Assembly: GCF_006345805.1 (NCBI RefSeq)
Contig: NC_043006.1
Location: 62,434,001 to 62,498,000, forward strand
From: Octopus sinensis
Lineage: Eukaryota
Reading direction: 5' to 3'
Length of the DNA: 64,000 nt
In this document: piece after piece, positions 1 through 10,712 of the stretch
Position numbering within the stretch: position 1 is the first letter of the stretch
Layout: each line of letters opens with the position of its first letter
The notes under the pieces: generated by a model
The model's database searches: none
Told to the model about the DNA's origin: nothing
Seen by the model: the letters and a program-made list of their open reading frames with translations, nothing else
Position numbers and translations under genes: made by a program

Positions 1-14
1 GTATGTATTCTTTT

Positions 15-160
15 ATCATTTCATTCTTTTACGTGTTTCAGTCATTTGACTTCGGCAATGCTGGAGCAACGGCTTTAGTCGAACAAATCTACTACATGAC
101 TTATTCTTTGTAAGCCTAGTAATATTCTATTAGTGAATTGTGCCGTACAAACATCTGTTT
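15..160 (-). mobile_element. tRNA-derived SINE (family 2 in this window), 3' part
   Basis: Reverse complement of the tail motif ...gactaaagcc..gctccagcat..gaagtcaaatgactgaaacac, shared with the copies at 27297-27745 and 43920-44308. Confidence 0.8.
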
Positions 161-299
161 GTCATTTCTTGACAAAAATATAACATGGCTTCCCTGACGT
201 CAATACACATACATACTATGCACACATATAATGAATGTCATGGCGTGTAAATCAACACAAACTTATGTACACTATTTGTGACATATATACACACACATA

Positions 300-1142
300 G
301 TCATAGAGAACTGACGAAAGAACTTCACGTTAGCGAGAAAACTGCCAACAACCATTTGAATGCGATCAGAAAATCGAAAAATCTCGACAAATCGATGCCA
401 TCTGATCTGAATGAAAATCAGAGCATACGCAGATATGAAATTTGCTCTTCTTTTCTTCTCAGTAACTAGGCCGTTCCATTTCTCGATCGTATTGTAACTT
501 GCGATGAGAAGTAGATTCTGTACAGTAACAAAAATGGTATTCGCAGTGGTTGCACCAAAATGAAGCACCAAAAAGCTTTCCTAAGCCCGAGCTCTTCAAA
601 AAGAAGGTTATAGAGAATGTTTGGTGGTGAACTGCTAGACTCATCCACTATAACTTCTTAAAACCTGGAAAACCCTTTACTACAGAAACATATTGCCATG
701 GAAGTACCAAAAGGAACGTAAACTCCTTAGGCCCAGACCGGTCAACTGAATTGGGTCAATCATTCTTCATGACAATGATCGACTACACGTTTTACTAATG
801 ACACTCCAGACGGTGAGCAAACTTGGCTATGAAATTCTCCATCCAGCTTTTTCCCCTAACCCTAACCCTACCAACTACCACTTTTCCAAGCACCTTGATC
901 GTTTCCTACGAAAGAAGGAGATAGAAAATCATCAAACCGATACTGAAAGGGCGTTCAAAGAATTCATCGACTCCGAACTCCATATTTTTATGTTACTGGA
1001 GTAAACAACTTCTAAATCTTTGCAAAATTGTGTTGATTGCAATGGAACTTACTTTGATGAATAGAATTTCCGCATTGTTGAAATATATTGTGAGGAATTA
1101 CATATTTCAAAACGTTGCTTACATTTTACTCAGCCTGATACA
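300..1142 (+). pseudogene. mariner (Tc1/mariner DD34D-type) transposase relic, 5'-truncated, with degenerate 3' TIR
   Basis: Translates across frameshifts and stops as RELTKELHVSEKT..HL, PFLDRIVTCDEK*ILY, KKV...VWW, HDNDRLH, YEILHPAFSPN..PTNYHFSKHL, CVDCNGTYFD. It ends with ...ttacattttactcagcctgata, resembling a mariner TIR. Confidence 0.9.
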
Positions 1143-1244
1143 TACATGCATATATACATACATACACACATACATACATACATACATACACACATGCAAA
1201 CTTAAAAAGAAAGAAATGACGCGAAGCGTAGCCTTCCTTGGACA

Positions 1245-1990
1245 CTAGACCACTACATCACATCAAACTTTGAAGGCTATGCATTTGCAATCCAAGAACA
1301 GATTTCCACGAAGTACCTGGTTAACAAGAAAGGCACTGACGCTCTTATAATCCCAAGGTACAACTGCAAGTGTGGGCATTACGCACGTGATTAGCAGCTG
1401 TTCTAAGATGTCGTAACGTGACTATCTCCCTATGCGGCATCATGTTGTTGCTAAAACAATTTACAATGCCATCGGTAAAAGAAGACTGTCCTGAAATAAA
1501 CTTAGACAATCGCTCTGGTATGGAATACATTCATAAACAATAACTCAAGGAATACTAGTAGAATATTGCCATCAGATATTTCGTTAACTCTAAACATAGC
1601 AGGCTGGGAATTGGTGTTTGGGACAGAGGGTAAAAGGTATGTACCGATACATAGGTTAGCTGCTCTGTGAATATAAATATATCTTTGAAAATCAATGAAA
1701 AAAAAATATCTATGGACAACTGCTTCGAAACTTCCAGCTTCTATATCCAGACTATGAATTCATATTCTTATCAATAATAATTGGAGCACTATGTATTGTT
1801 AGTAAAAGCACAAAGACGAATCTGAATAAACTGGGATTTTCAGGAAGAGAAAGTGACCAGCTAATCCGTACATTTCAAGTTCAATAGGGGAGTGGAACAT
1901 TTCTCAAGTTACAAATGTGAATTTGTCTGTGTTAACAACATCCCAAAGATGGAGCCTTGTATCTTTGTTGAAAAAGTGACTCCTTTCTCA
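1245..1990 (+). pseudogene. 3' fragment of an RLE-type non-LTR retrotransposon (R4/Dong-like): CCHC region plus restriction-like endonuclease
   Basis: Reads SNFEGYAFAIQEQISTKYLVNK, HVISSCSKMS*RDYLPMRHHVVAKTIYNAI, KHSRLGIGVWDR, YGQLLRNFQLLYPDYEFIFLSIIIGAL, LNKLGF. It has many stops and frameshifts. Confidence 0.8.
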
Positions 1991-2133
1991 GAGGAAGATT
2001 TATAATAATTAACAAATAGAAGACACATACATAAATACAGTCTTAGATCAAGTCACTTGCTATGCAGGTACATCTCCCTATATATGTATATGAATGTATA
2101 TGTATGCATGTATGTATGTATTATGTATGTGTG

Positions 2134-2165
<32 letters not shown>

Positions 2166-2209
2166 TGTACATATATATATATATATTTATACACACACAC
2201 ACATATATA

Positions 2210-2247
<38 letters not shown>

Positions 2248-2313
2248 TATATATATAATATATATATATATATACATGGGTATGAGTAAGTATTTCACTT
2301 ATATCTTACGTAT

Positions 2314-2374
2314 TTATCGCTGAAGAGGGAAAAATTCTTATGAATTAACACCGAAATTGGGACCAATACGGAAA
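2314..2374 (+). ncRNA. type I hammerhead ribozyme (stems I and II partly mismatched)
   Basis: TTATCG-CTGAAGA-GG..CC-GAAA-TTGG(GA)CCAA-TA|CGGAAA. Confidence 0.7.
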
Positions 2375-2778
2375 TAACGGATTTTTTAGAAATTTCCATC
2401 GGTTTGTTTCGCGACGCATAAATTATAATGGTTATTGACAATTTTTGTCTTTTTTTCGGCATATTTGTCATTAGAATTTTTTCTTTTGTCCTTATTTTGT
2501 AAATTATAAATTCAACCTTTAAAGGTATTTTTTGATATGCTGGCCATTGATAAAATTTTTTTCCCAAAAAAAATTTATCCTACATTAGTTATAAATTTAA
2601 TAGTGTTCACTCCCGTATTCTCTCACTCTATGAAAATTTCTAGTTCGAATCACACGTGTCTCGAGATGTGCCGAAGATTTTCTATTTTGGATATATGTGG
2701 GGTACTTAGGTCTGTTCAGGACTTAGTACTTGCTTTTTCCATGGTTATGAGTAAGTATTTCACTTATATCTCACGTAT

Positions 2779-2839
2779 TTATCGCTGAAGAGGGGAACAT
2801 TCTTATGAATTAATCCCGAAATTGGGACCAATACGGTAA
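2779..2839 (+). ncRNA. type I hammerhead ribozyme
   Basis: Stem I TTATCG/CGGTAA, core CTGAAGA (2785-2791), stem II GGGG...TCCC with inner ATTC/GAAT hairpin, GAAA (2818-2821), stem III TTGG/CCAA, AUA cleavage triplet after 2833. Confidence 0.85.
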
Positions 2840-2963
2840 TAACGGATTTTTTAGAAATTTCTATCGGTTTGTTTCGAGCCGCATAAATTATAATGGTTAT
2901 TGACAACTTTTGTCTTTTTTTCGGCATATTTGGCATTAGAATTTTTCTTTTGCCCTATTTTGT

Positions 2964-3012
<49 letters not shown>

Positions 3013-3014
<2 letters not shown>

Positions 3015-3130
3015 CACGTGACCACGTGACCGACCAGACCATCAGATGTTTTACACATTACTGGTCACAATGCATTCGCATTGTTTTAGCCTTCAAATGG
3101 CGCCACCCCGCTGGCTAAGCGAGAAGGCCA
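3013..3130. mobile_element. short interspersed repeat fragment inside (TA)n
   Basis: The tcacgtgaccacgtgaccgaccagaccatcagatg... motif is one I recognise as a common cephalopod repeat. Family not assigned. Confidence 0.5.
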
Positions 3131-3139
3131 TATATATAT

Positions 3140-3177
<38 letters not shown>

Positions 3178-3979
3178 GATAAGAAAGTTTGTTTGGTAAA
3201 GCACGTGGTGAATATATAAGAAAATAGTAAAGTGTGAAAAAACGACAGAAGGCTTAAATGTTAAAAAATATATATATTTGTGTCAAAATGTCTGGAGAAT
3301 ATTGGAAAAATTTTTTCCTTTCCTTAAAATGACATAATTTTAAAATTTTTAAAGAAATTACCGGTTTCGCGTGTAGCTTTTCAAATTTCTTGTGACGTTA
3401 TGTTTATATTGCATGGAATTATCGTTGTTTTTATTTCCAGGAGATTTCTAAATAAGGGGAGGTAGTGAGTGATTTTTTCCGGTGTAGGGGAGATAATCGC
3501 TTAAAAAATTTTTTTCCCATTTCCTTGTTAATTTCTCTGTGTCAGTATGTTCGGATGGTTGAGTCTGGGTTTGTACTTTTCAATGAAGAATGTTTCCTTG
3601 TTCAGTCTCATTTGTGTTGATGATCCGAAAGCACATTGGTAAAATGGGAAGATTAAAAATTGTGGCAGTAGTTGCTTTGCGCATTTCTCGATGTGCTCAC
3701 TAAAAGGTATCATTCTATATTCTGGGAATGCAATCTGTTGTCGATGCAGTGTGCATCTGCGCCTGAGTGATAGTCCCGTGGAACCGGTAATTTCTTTAAA
3801 AATTTTAAAATTATGTCATTTTAAGGAAAGGAAAAAAATTTTTCCAATATTCTCCAGACATTTTGACACAAATATATATATTTTTTAACATTTAAGCCTT
3901 CTGTCGTTTTTTCACACTTTACTATTTTCTTATATATTCACCCACGTGCTTTACCAAACAAACTTTCTTATCTATATAT

Positions 3980-6900
3980 TAAACACGTGAGAACGAAAAT
4001 GCCACAGAAGTCAAACACTCGGACAAAACCTTAAATGAGGACATACTCAAAGAACTGAAAAATATTAATTCACAGCTTCTTAACCTGAACAACAAAATCG
4101 AGGAATCAAACTTACTCGCCCGGGAAAGTAAAAGCAATGAAGATGCAACCCGTTACACTGACCAGGTGAGTAAGGATCTACAACTGTTATATACAACACT
4201 GAACTCAATTTTCATCAACAAATCCGAAAATAATACACAGGCACCTAATGAAACACAGCAGGACACCATACGCAACCAACCAACCCAACAAAAAGAAAAA
4301 TAGGAAACGTTTGGAATACAAACCTGCACAACAGAAAACTCACCTTCTGGAACATGATAAAAAATTCCAACAAGCAGATATCTACGAGGGATGGATAAAC
4401 TCAACACCAATTATCCTCCCACGCAAATTCCAGATAAAATTAATTCCTAACGAGCCTGACGGACAGAGATCTATTAGAGAAAAGTCAGCTCTGTTCAATT
4501 TTAAATCAGAAATAGAGCTTCTAAGACTCAGGGCCTCCACAATGAAGAAAAACTTAAAAGCATAGACGAGGAGATGCACAATCAAATACTAAAATATACC
4601 GAGGACAACCCCTCGATAATACATTGGATCACTGGAAGGATTCCTGTGAGAGAGAGAGAGAGAAATTCTCTCCTACGCTGGGAGAAAAACATGGACTTCT
4701 TCCAAAAATATAGTGAAACCTTCAAAATGAATTGGGTACAAAAATCCCTTCCATAAGAAAATTACAATAAATAAAAAAGAAAAACCTAACAACCCACGAA
4801 CAACCCCCAACTATCCTCCATACACTAAAAACAGAAATCACCCACAACCAACCTCTACAAACCACGCTAGACCTAACAGGGAACTAGCTGAAAGAGGACG
4901 CGTCTATGAAAGAAATTACACCAAAAACAGAACAAACCAACAACATCATAATACCAGACCCAACCACCATACAGCACAATACGACACTAGGATAAGAAAT
5001 ACACCACACACAAATCACTACTACCCCATGAACCAAAACTACTGGTCCCCACTAAACACAAGACAAACGCAAAGAAACACTATGTCAAGCAACATCCCAC
5101 ATACAAGAAGTTCGAAACAAAAATATTCCCCATACAGAAATTTTACACACACCACAAGCATTAACAACCATAGATTCCCACACACACACAACGATCGGAG
5201 GCAACAATACCACCACTCCCCCGACCAAATACCACACAACCTCACAGACAACTCATACAAACAAAATTACACCCAACATTTTTTAGCCAGGGACCAGGGA
5301 CACCAGGACACAGGCTGGAACCTAGTAATAAGAAAAACCGAAGATAATCAATCTTTCACCAAACCTCTTTCTAACATAAAAATTGACATCCTCGCAAAAG
5401 GGCTCAAATTTACACCAACTCCACGCAGAGCAAACCTAAATGAACTCAAGGATAATATAACAGAATTTTGCAGAGAAAATTAAGACTAGCAGAAGCATCA
5501 AACAGTTTCAATACTGAAGATGAATCACTTGTCAAGAACAAAAGTGAACACATCCCACACAGAGGAAGAAATAAAGATCTTGACGAATTCTGTAACCACA
5601 TTGAGAACTTCCCCTACCATACTATACATAAACAGAAAGCTAACCCAAATTTTAACAATACACAATGGAAAGAACTGATAGAACTCCAAAATGATGAAGA
5701 TATAACCATTAAGGAAGCGGACAAGGGAAATGCAGTATTGTATAATGGATACATCATACTACAGAAATCTTGTAATTTCCTTGCTTGATGAAGACCTACA
5801 TTATGAAAAAATTACCAACTACACCCCACAAAAAATAATGAAAACTCTATCTTCACTAATTAAAACCCATGAAAAGGAACTGACAACCAAAGAGATTGAT
5901 TTCCTAACAAACTTTAAATGCAAACCTAGCCTTTTCTATGGTCTGCCAAAAATTCATAAAAGTCAAATTATAAATGAAACCATTAAAAAATCACCAAAGA
6001 CATACATACACACACCTAATCCGGGGGACCTAAACTACGACCCATTGTAGCTGGCCCAACCTGTGAAACACAGAGACTAAGTCTACTTATGGACATCCTC
6101 TTGAAACCCTTCCTTAAACATATCGATAGCCATATCAGAGATGACTTAGATATGTTAAACCACCTTCCAAAAAAAACCAAGGAAGAAACAATCCTGGTTT
6201 CATTTGATGTAGTCAACTTGTATACCAGTATACCTCATAATTATGGACTGGAGGCAATACAATTCTGGTTAGACCAATTTCCGGAAGAAATACCAAAAAG
6301 GATCAGTAAGGAATTCATTACTAAATCAATTGAATTCATCCTACACAATAACCACTTCATGTTTGACAATACATTTTACCGTCAAAAATCCGGAATTGCT
6401 ATGGGTACAAGGGCAGCACCAGTCATTGCGAACTTAACAATGGGATACATGGAAATAATCATTTACCAGGAATCTCTATCAATCTTGGAAACTCCCTCTC
6501 TCAATACATAAAAGAGAATTGGAAACGATTCCTAGACGATTGTTTCATTCTCTGGAATGAAAACATAGATAAACTCCTAAAATTTAAAAACCTATTGAAC
6601 AGCATAAACCCAAATATACAGTTCACAATGGAATACAACCAAAAGGAGCTCCCGTTCTTGGATATACTAATTAAAAAAATTAACCTTAAAATAGAAACAG
6701 ACATTTTTTACAAAGCCACAGACGCCAAACAATACCTTCTTTTTAATTCATGCCACCCAAGACACACTAAAACAAACATCCCCTTCAACCTTGCAAGAAG
6801 GATATGCACAATAGTGTCAGAACAAAATACCAGGAACTTTAGACTGCAAGAACTCAAAAACACCCTAATTGACAGACATTACCCAGCTCAACTCATAGAG

Positions 6901-7606
6901 GATGGGATCAGACGTGCAACAGAAATCAACATAGAAACTTTAAGAAAAGTTCAACACAACAACACACCTCCCCGAAAATACTACCTTACATATCTACATA
7001 CAACCCCAGAAACAAAGAAGCCTTCACCATCATCACCCAGAATTTACCAATACTTCATAAAAACCCAAAATTAAAGGAAATTCTAAACATACACCAAATC
7101 ATTAAAAGCTACAAACAGCCTAAATCACTTAAAAAGATTCTCACAAAGGCAAAATTGTCTTCTAAAATTACGGATGCAAAAGTAAAAAAATGTGGTAGAT
7201 CGAACTGTGCAACATGTCCTAACCTATTGGAAGGATCAGAATTCTTCTTTAAAGAGGGACAGACATTTAAGATCAAATCTAACTTTACTTGTGCCTCTGA
7301 AAACATAATTTATGTTATTAAATGCTCGGGCTGCCACCAAGACTACGTGGGTTCCACGGGACTATCACTCAGGCGCAGATGCACACTGCATCGACAACAG
7401 ATTGCATTCCCAGAATATAGAATGATACCTTTTAGTGAGCACATCGAGAAATGCGCAAAGCAACTACTGCCACAATTTTTAATTTCCCATTTTACCAATG
7501 TGCTTTCGGATCATCAACACAAATGAGACTGAACAAGGAAACATTCTTCATTGAAAAGTACAAACCCAGACTCAACCATCCGAACATACTGACACAGAGA
7601 AATTAA
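3980..7606 (+). CDS. PLE polyprotein (~1200 codons: coiled-coil/low-complexity N-terminus, RT, Cys linker, GIY-YIG endonuclease), broken by ~11 frameshifts as assembled
   Basis: Motifs LAKGLKFTPTP, IKEADKG, FYGLPKIHK, SFDVVNLYTSIPH, GIAMGTRAAP, KRFLDDCFILW, LPFLD, CGRSNCATC, NIIYVIKCSGCHQDYVGST, ETFFIEKYKPRLN. No in-frame ATG is visible at the 5' end. Confidence 0.9.
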
Positions 7607-7743
7607 CAAGGAAATGGGAAAAAAAATTTTTTAAGCGATTATCTCCCCTACACCGGAAAAAATCACTCACTACCTCCCCTTATTTAGAAATCTCCTGGAA
7701 ATAAAAACAACGATAATTCCATGCAATATAAACATAACGTCAC

Positions 7744-7783
7744 AAGAAATTTGAAAAGCTACACGCGAAACCGGTAATTTCTT
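7744..7783 (+). ncRNA. minimal hammerhead-like motif in the 3' pLTR with variant core (TTGAAAA instead of CTGANGA)
   Basis: AAGAAAT-TTGAAAA-GC(TACAC)GC-GAAA-CCGG-TA|ATTTCTT, giving a perfect 7-bp stem I and palindromic ACCGGT stem III. An identical copy is on the minus strand at ~3352-3391. Confidence 0.6.
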
Positions 7784-8009
7784 TAAAAATTTTAAAATTA
7801 TGTCATTTTAAGGAAAGGAAAAAAATTTTTCCAATATTCTCCAGACATTTTGACACAAATATATATATTTTTTAACATTTAAGCCTTCTGTCGTTTTTTC
7901 ACACTTTACTATTTTCTTATATATATATATATACTTTTTTGTAGAAATTTCACTGCCAGTGGCCTAGCATGTATAAAAGGTCAATAGAGAACATATTCTC
8001 AAAATAAGA

Positions 8010-8298
8010 TAGTGTACAATTAAACACAAGAGAAACTGCCTTCAAGAGGCAGTTTTACACGTTAGAAGAAGTGGTCTATCGACTAAAACTACATTTCAGA
8101 GTAATTTTTAAAGGGAATGAAAAGTATAAATATTTACCTTTTTATTTTGACCGGAATAAAATAACAAGGTAACTGTTATTTCATTTTCATTCCCTTAAAA
8201 ATTCGCTCTAAAATATGGTTTTGGTCGTTTTGACTACTTCTTCTAGCATGTAAAACTGCCTGTTGAGGGCTGTTTTTCTTGTGTTTAAAGGTTCACTA
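8010..8298. repeat. ~290-bp imperfect palindrome (MITE/foldback-like), TA at both ends
   Basis: Arms 8010-8138 and 8168-8298 are reverse complements (tagtg..taaacacaag..ggcagttttaca..tagaagaagt..ggaatgaaaa). Confidence 0.8.
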
Positions 8299-8313
8299 TT
8301 ATATATATATATA

Positions 8314-9014
8314 TTTAAAATTAAGGATAAAATCTTTATAGGAAATTATCAGTAGTTAGCGTGAAAAACCTCGTAAGAGAAAAAATCTGTAAATTTTTCC
8401 AGAGGGTACTATTATTCATAGGTACCGCACGTTAGGAGGGACCTTTGCAGTCAAAACTACTAAAATAAACAAATTTTACCGAATGCAAAACTTCAAAGCA
8501 AGTCATTTAAAAACAGAATTTAGTTACATATCACCTGTGATTTCGTAATCAATGCAGAATATGCATTCTATGCTCTTCAGTGCAACGAACTCAAGACATG
8601 TAAGAAAAAACACAAGATAGCTTACCCGACAGCCAACCGTAGAATTCATCGTAGCATGTACGAATGTTTATCTTTACATATCTATGAAAATGGCGGGCTT
8701 ATCCGCAATGCATTTCGGTAACAATTTGCCTATTCGGAACAAAATTTAGTATTGAACTATTCTGGTGAAAAATATAAATTTAAAATTAAGGATAAAATCT
8801 TTATAAGAAATTATCAGTAGTTAGCGTGAAAAACCTCGTAAGAGAAAAAATCTGTAAATTTTTCCACTTTGAAATTATTTATTTATATTATATAGAGGGT
8901 ACTATTATTCATAGGTACCGCACGCTAGGAGGGACCTTGACAGTCAAAACTACTAAATTATACACATGTTACCGAATGCAAAACTTCAAAGCAAGTCATT
9001 TAAAAACAGAATTT
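8314..9014 (-). repeat. ORF-less tandem repeat, ~465-495-bp unit, ~1.5 copies, one hammerhead (family B)
   Basis: 8314-8521 is repeated at 8779-9014 (copy A has a ~30-bp deletion). Flanked by TA runs. Confidence 0.9.
8523..8586 (-). ncRNA. type I hammerhead ribozyme
   Basis: Minus strand GTTGCA-CTGAAGA-G(..AGAAT-GCAT-ATTCT..)C-GAAA-TCAC(AG)GTGA-TA|TGTAAC. Stem I GTTGCA/TGTAAC is fully paired. Confidence 0.85.
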
Positions 9015-9468
9015 ATATATATATTAATACATACATAAATTAGAGTTAGCTGTTGGAATAAGCGTGTAGGGGATAATAATATCGTTTTTATACCGATGTA
9101 AATTACCTATGCTAATCATGCTCATAGGATATAGGCAATGACAACGATAAACGTTTATCAGGATTCAAATTCAAATTAAGTAGAAAATAGAGAAATCTTG
9201 ATCAACAAAAATTCACTACTCTCGATCATTCTTCTTTGAACATTTTAATGCAAAATATTATCCCATTTAACAGGCATTTTTGCTTCCAATATCTCGCAGT
9301 GTTGCCAAAGAAAATTCTAAGAGTAATATTCGTCATCTTTTGTAACATAAAAGGAAAGAAGAACTGCCTCGACAGGAGGAATGAAGTCTCAATATATTTG
9401 AACCATACCCGTTTGCAGTGTAACGTTTCAGGCCGTTAAGTAAATGGCTAAACTCGTTGTTTTAATAC

Positions 9469-9585
<117 letters not shown>

Positions 9586-9593
9586 CGTGTGTA

Positions 9594-9630
<37 letters not shown>

Positions 9631-9644
9631 GGAGAGTTTACGAA

Positions 9645-9790
9645 AGAAACAAAAGACAAAGACAAGTGGTGTACAAACAGATGTATTAGTATAACGGTCA
9701 GGAATAGAAAAAGTCTTTTACGTTTCGAGCCTACGCTCTTCTACAGAAAAAAAACGTATGTAGTGGCTAACGATCTATCATGGCGTCTGT
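9645..9790 (-). repeat. interspersed repeat fragment with hammerhead-like end motif
   Basis: Minus strand TTTT-CTGTAGAA-GAGC(GTAG)GCTC-GAAA-CG-TA-AAAG. Related GAAACGTT motifs occur at ~10865 and ~24445. Confidence 0.45.
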
Positions 9791-9813
9791 ATATATATAT
9801 ATATATACAGACA

Positions 9814-10712
9814 CACGGGGGCTGTTCAGTAAATATTTACCCTGACCCACGTCCGCTCATTGTGGAAAACGGAGCTGGTACAGGTACAATTATAGGGGTC
9901 CCTACATAGCACATTTTAAATTGCATTTTTCTACAAGTTTTCGTTTGTCTTCATCGGTTATTGAAGTACACGAATGTGTTATAATGGAGGCATTTGAATG
10001 GAGATCAATGATCAGGTTCTTATGCCTGAAAGGTCGTACACCAAAATAGATTTTCGGTGATATGAAAGATGTTTATGGTGACGATGTACCATCATACGGA
10101 GTAGTTAAGCATTGGCATCGCCAGTTCAAACGTTGTCGGACATCAGTGGAAATTACTCCGCCAGTGATAACCACACCATACATAAATTAGAAGCCGCCAC
10201 TATGGAGCATCGCCGTATAATTATTCGGCAACTAGCCCAGAAGTGAAGATACGTGTAGGGGGCGTGGAAAAAATCATTCACGACCATTTAAACATGATTT
10301 TGTCTGCACGATGGATTCCCTTGATGCTCACAGTTTCAGAAGCAGGAACGTGTTAATTGCTCTAAGGTTCTTTTGGCAATGTGCCAAGAAAACAGGGAGG
10401 ACTTTTTCAGCAGAGTCATCACACAGGGTGAAAGAAGCAGGCGTCCATCACTATGATCCTGAGACTAAACTCCAGTCGAAGCAATAGAATCATGATAACA
10501 CACCACCTCTAAAGAAGGCGCGTATCCAAACATCAGCAGGCAAGATGATGCTCATAGACTTTTGTGACAAGTGCGGTGTAGTGATGATGGATTTTCTGAG
10601 AAAGAGCACCATAATAAATGGGGCATATTATGCTTTTCTGCTGCTGAAATTGCGGTACGCCATCGAAGCAGAGAGACATGGCATGCTGGCCAAAAATGTC
10701 CGCCTCCTCCAA
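9814..10712 (+). pseudogene. mariner transposase relic with 5' TIR, truncated before the second catalytic Asp
   Basis: Starts with TIR-like cacgggggctgttcagtaaat. ATG at 9984 gives MEAFEWRSMIRFLCLKG, VKHWHRQFKR, WIP, HHYDPETKLQS, SAGKMM..F, INGAYY..LL.KLR.AI. Confidence 0.9.

Larger units (their letters stand above)
2278..2967 (+). repeat. ORF-less tandem repeat, 465-bp unit, ~1.5 copies, flanked by (TA)n, two hammerhead motifs (family A)
   Basis: 2278-2510 is repeated at 2743-2967 with high identity. The two CTGAAGA cores are at 2320 and 2785. Confidence 0.9.
3179..7918 (+). mobile_element. Penelope-like element, Neptune-type, with 5' inverted segment plus partial 5' pLTR and 3' pLTR
   Basis: 3179-3785 is the reverse complement of the element's 3' region (~7350-7918 plus further pLTR sequence). 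3783-3935 is a direct repeat of 7770-7920. An RT plus GIY-YIG ORF lies between, and both ends abut (TA)n. Confidence 0.95.
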
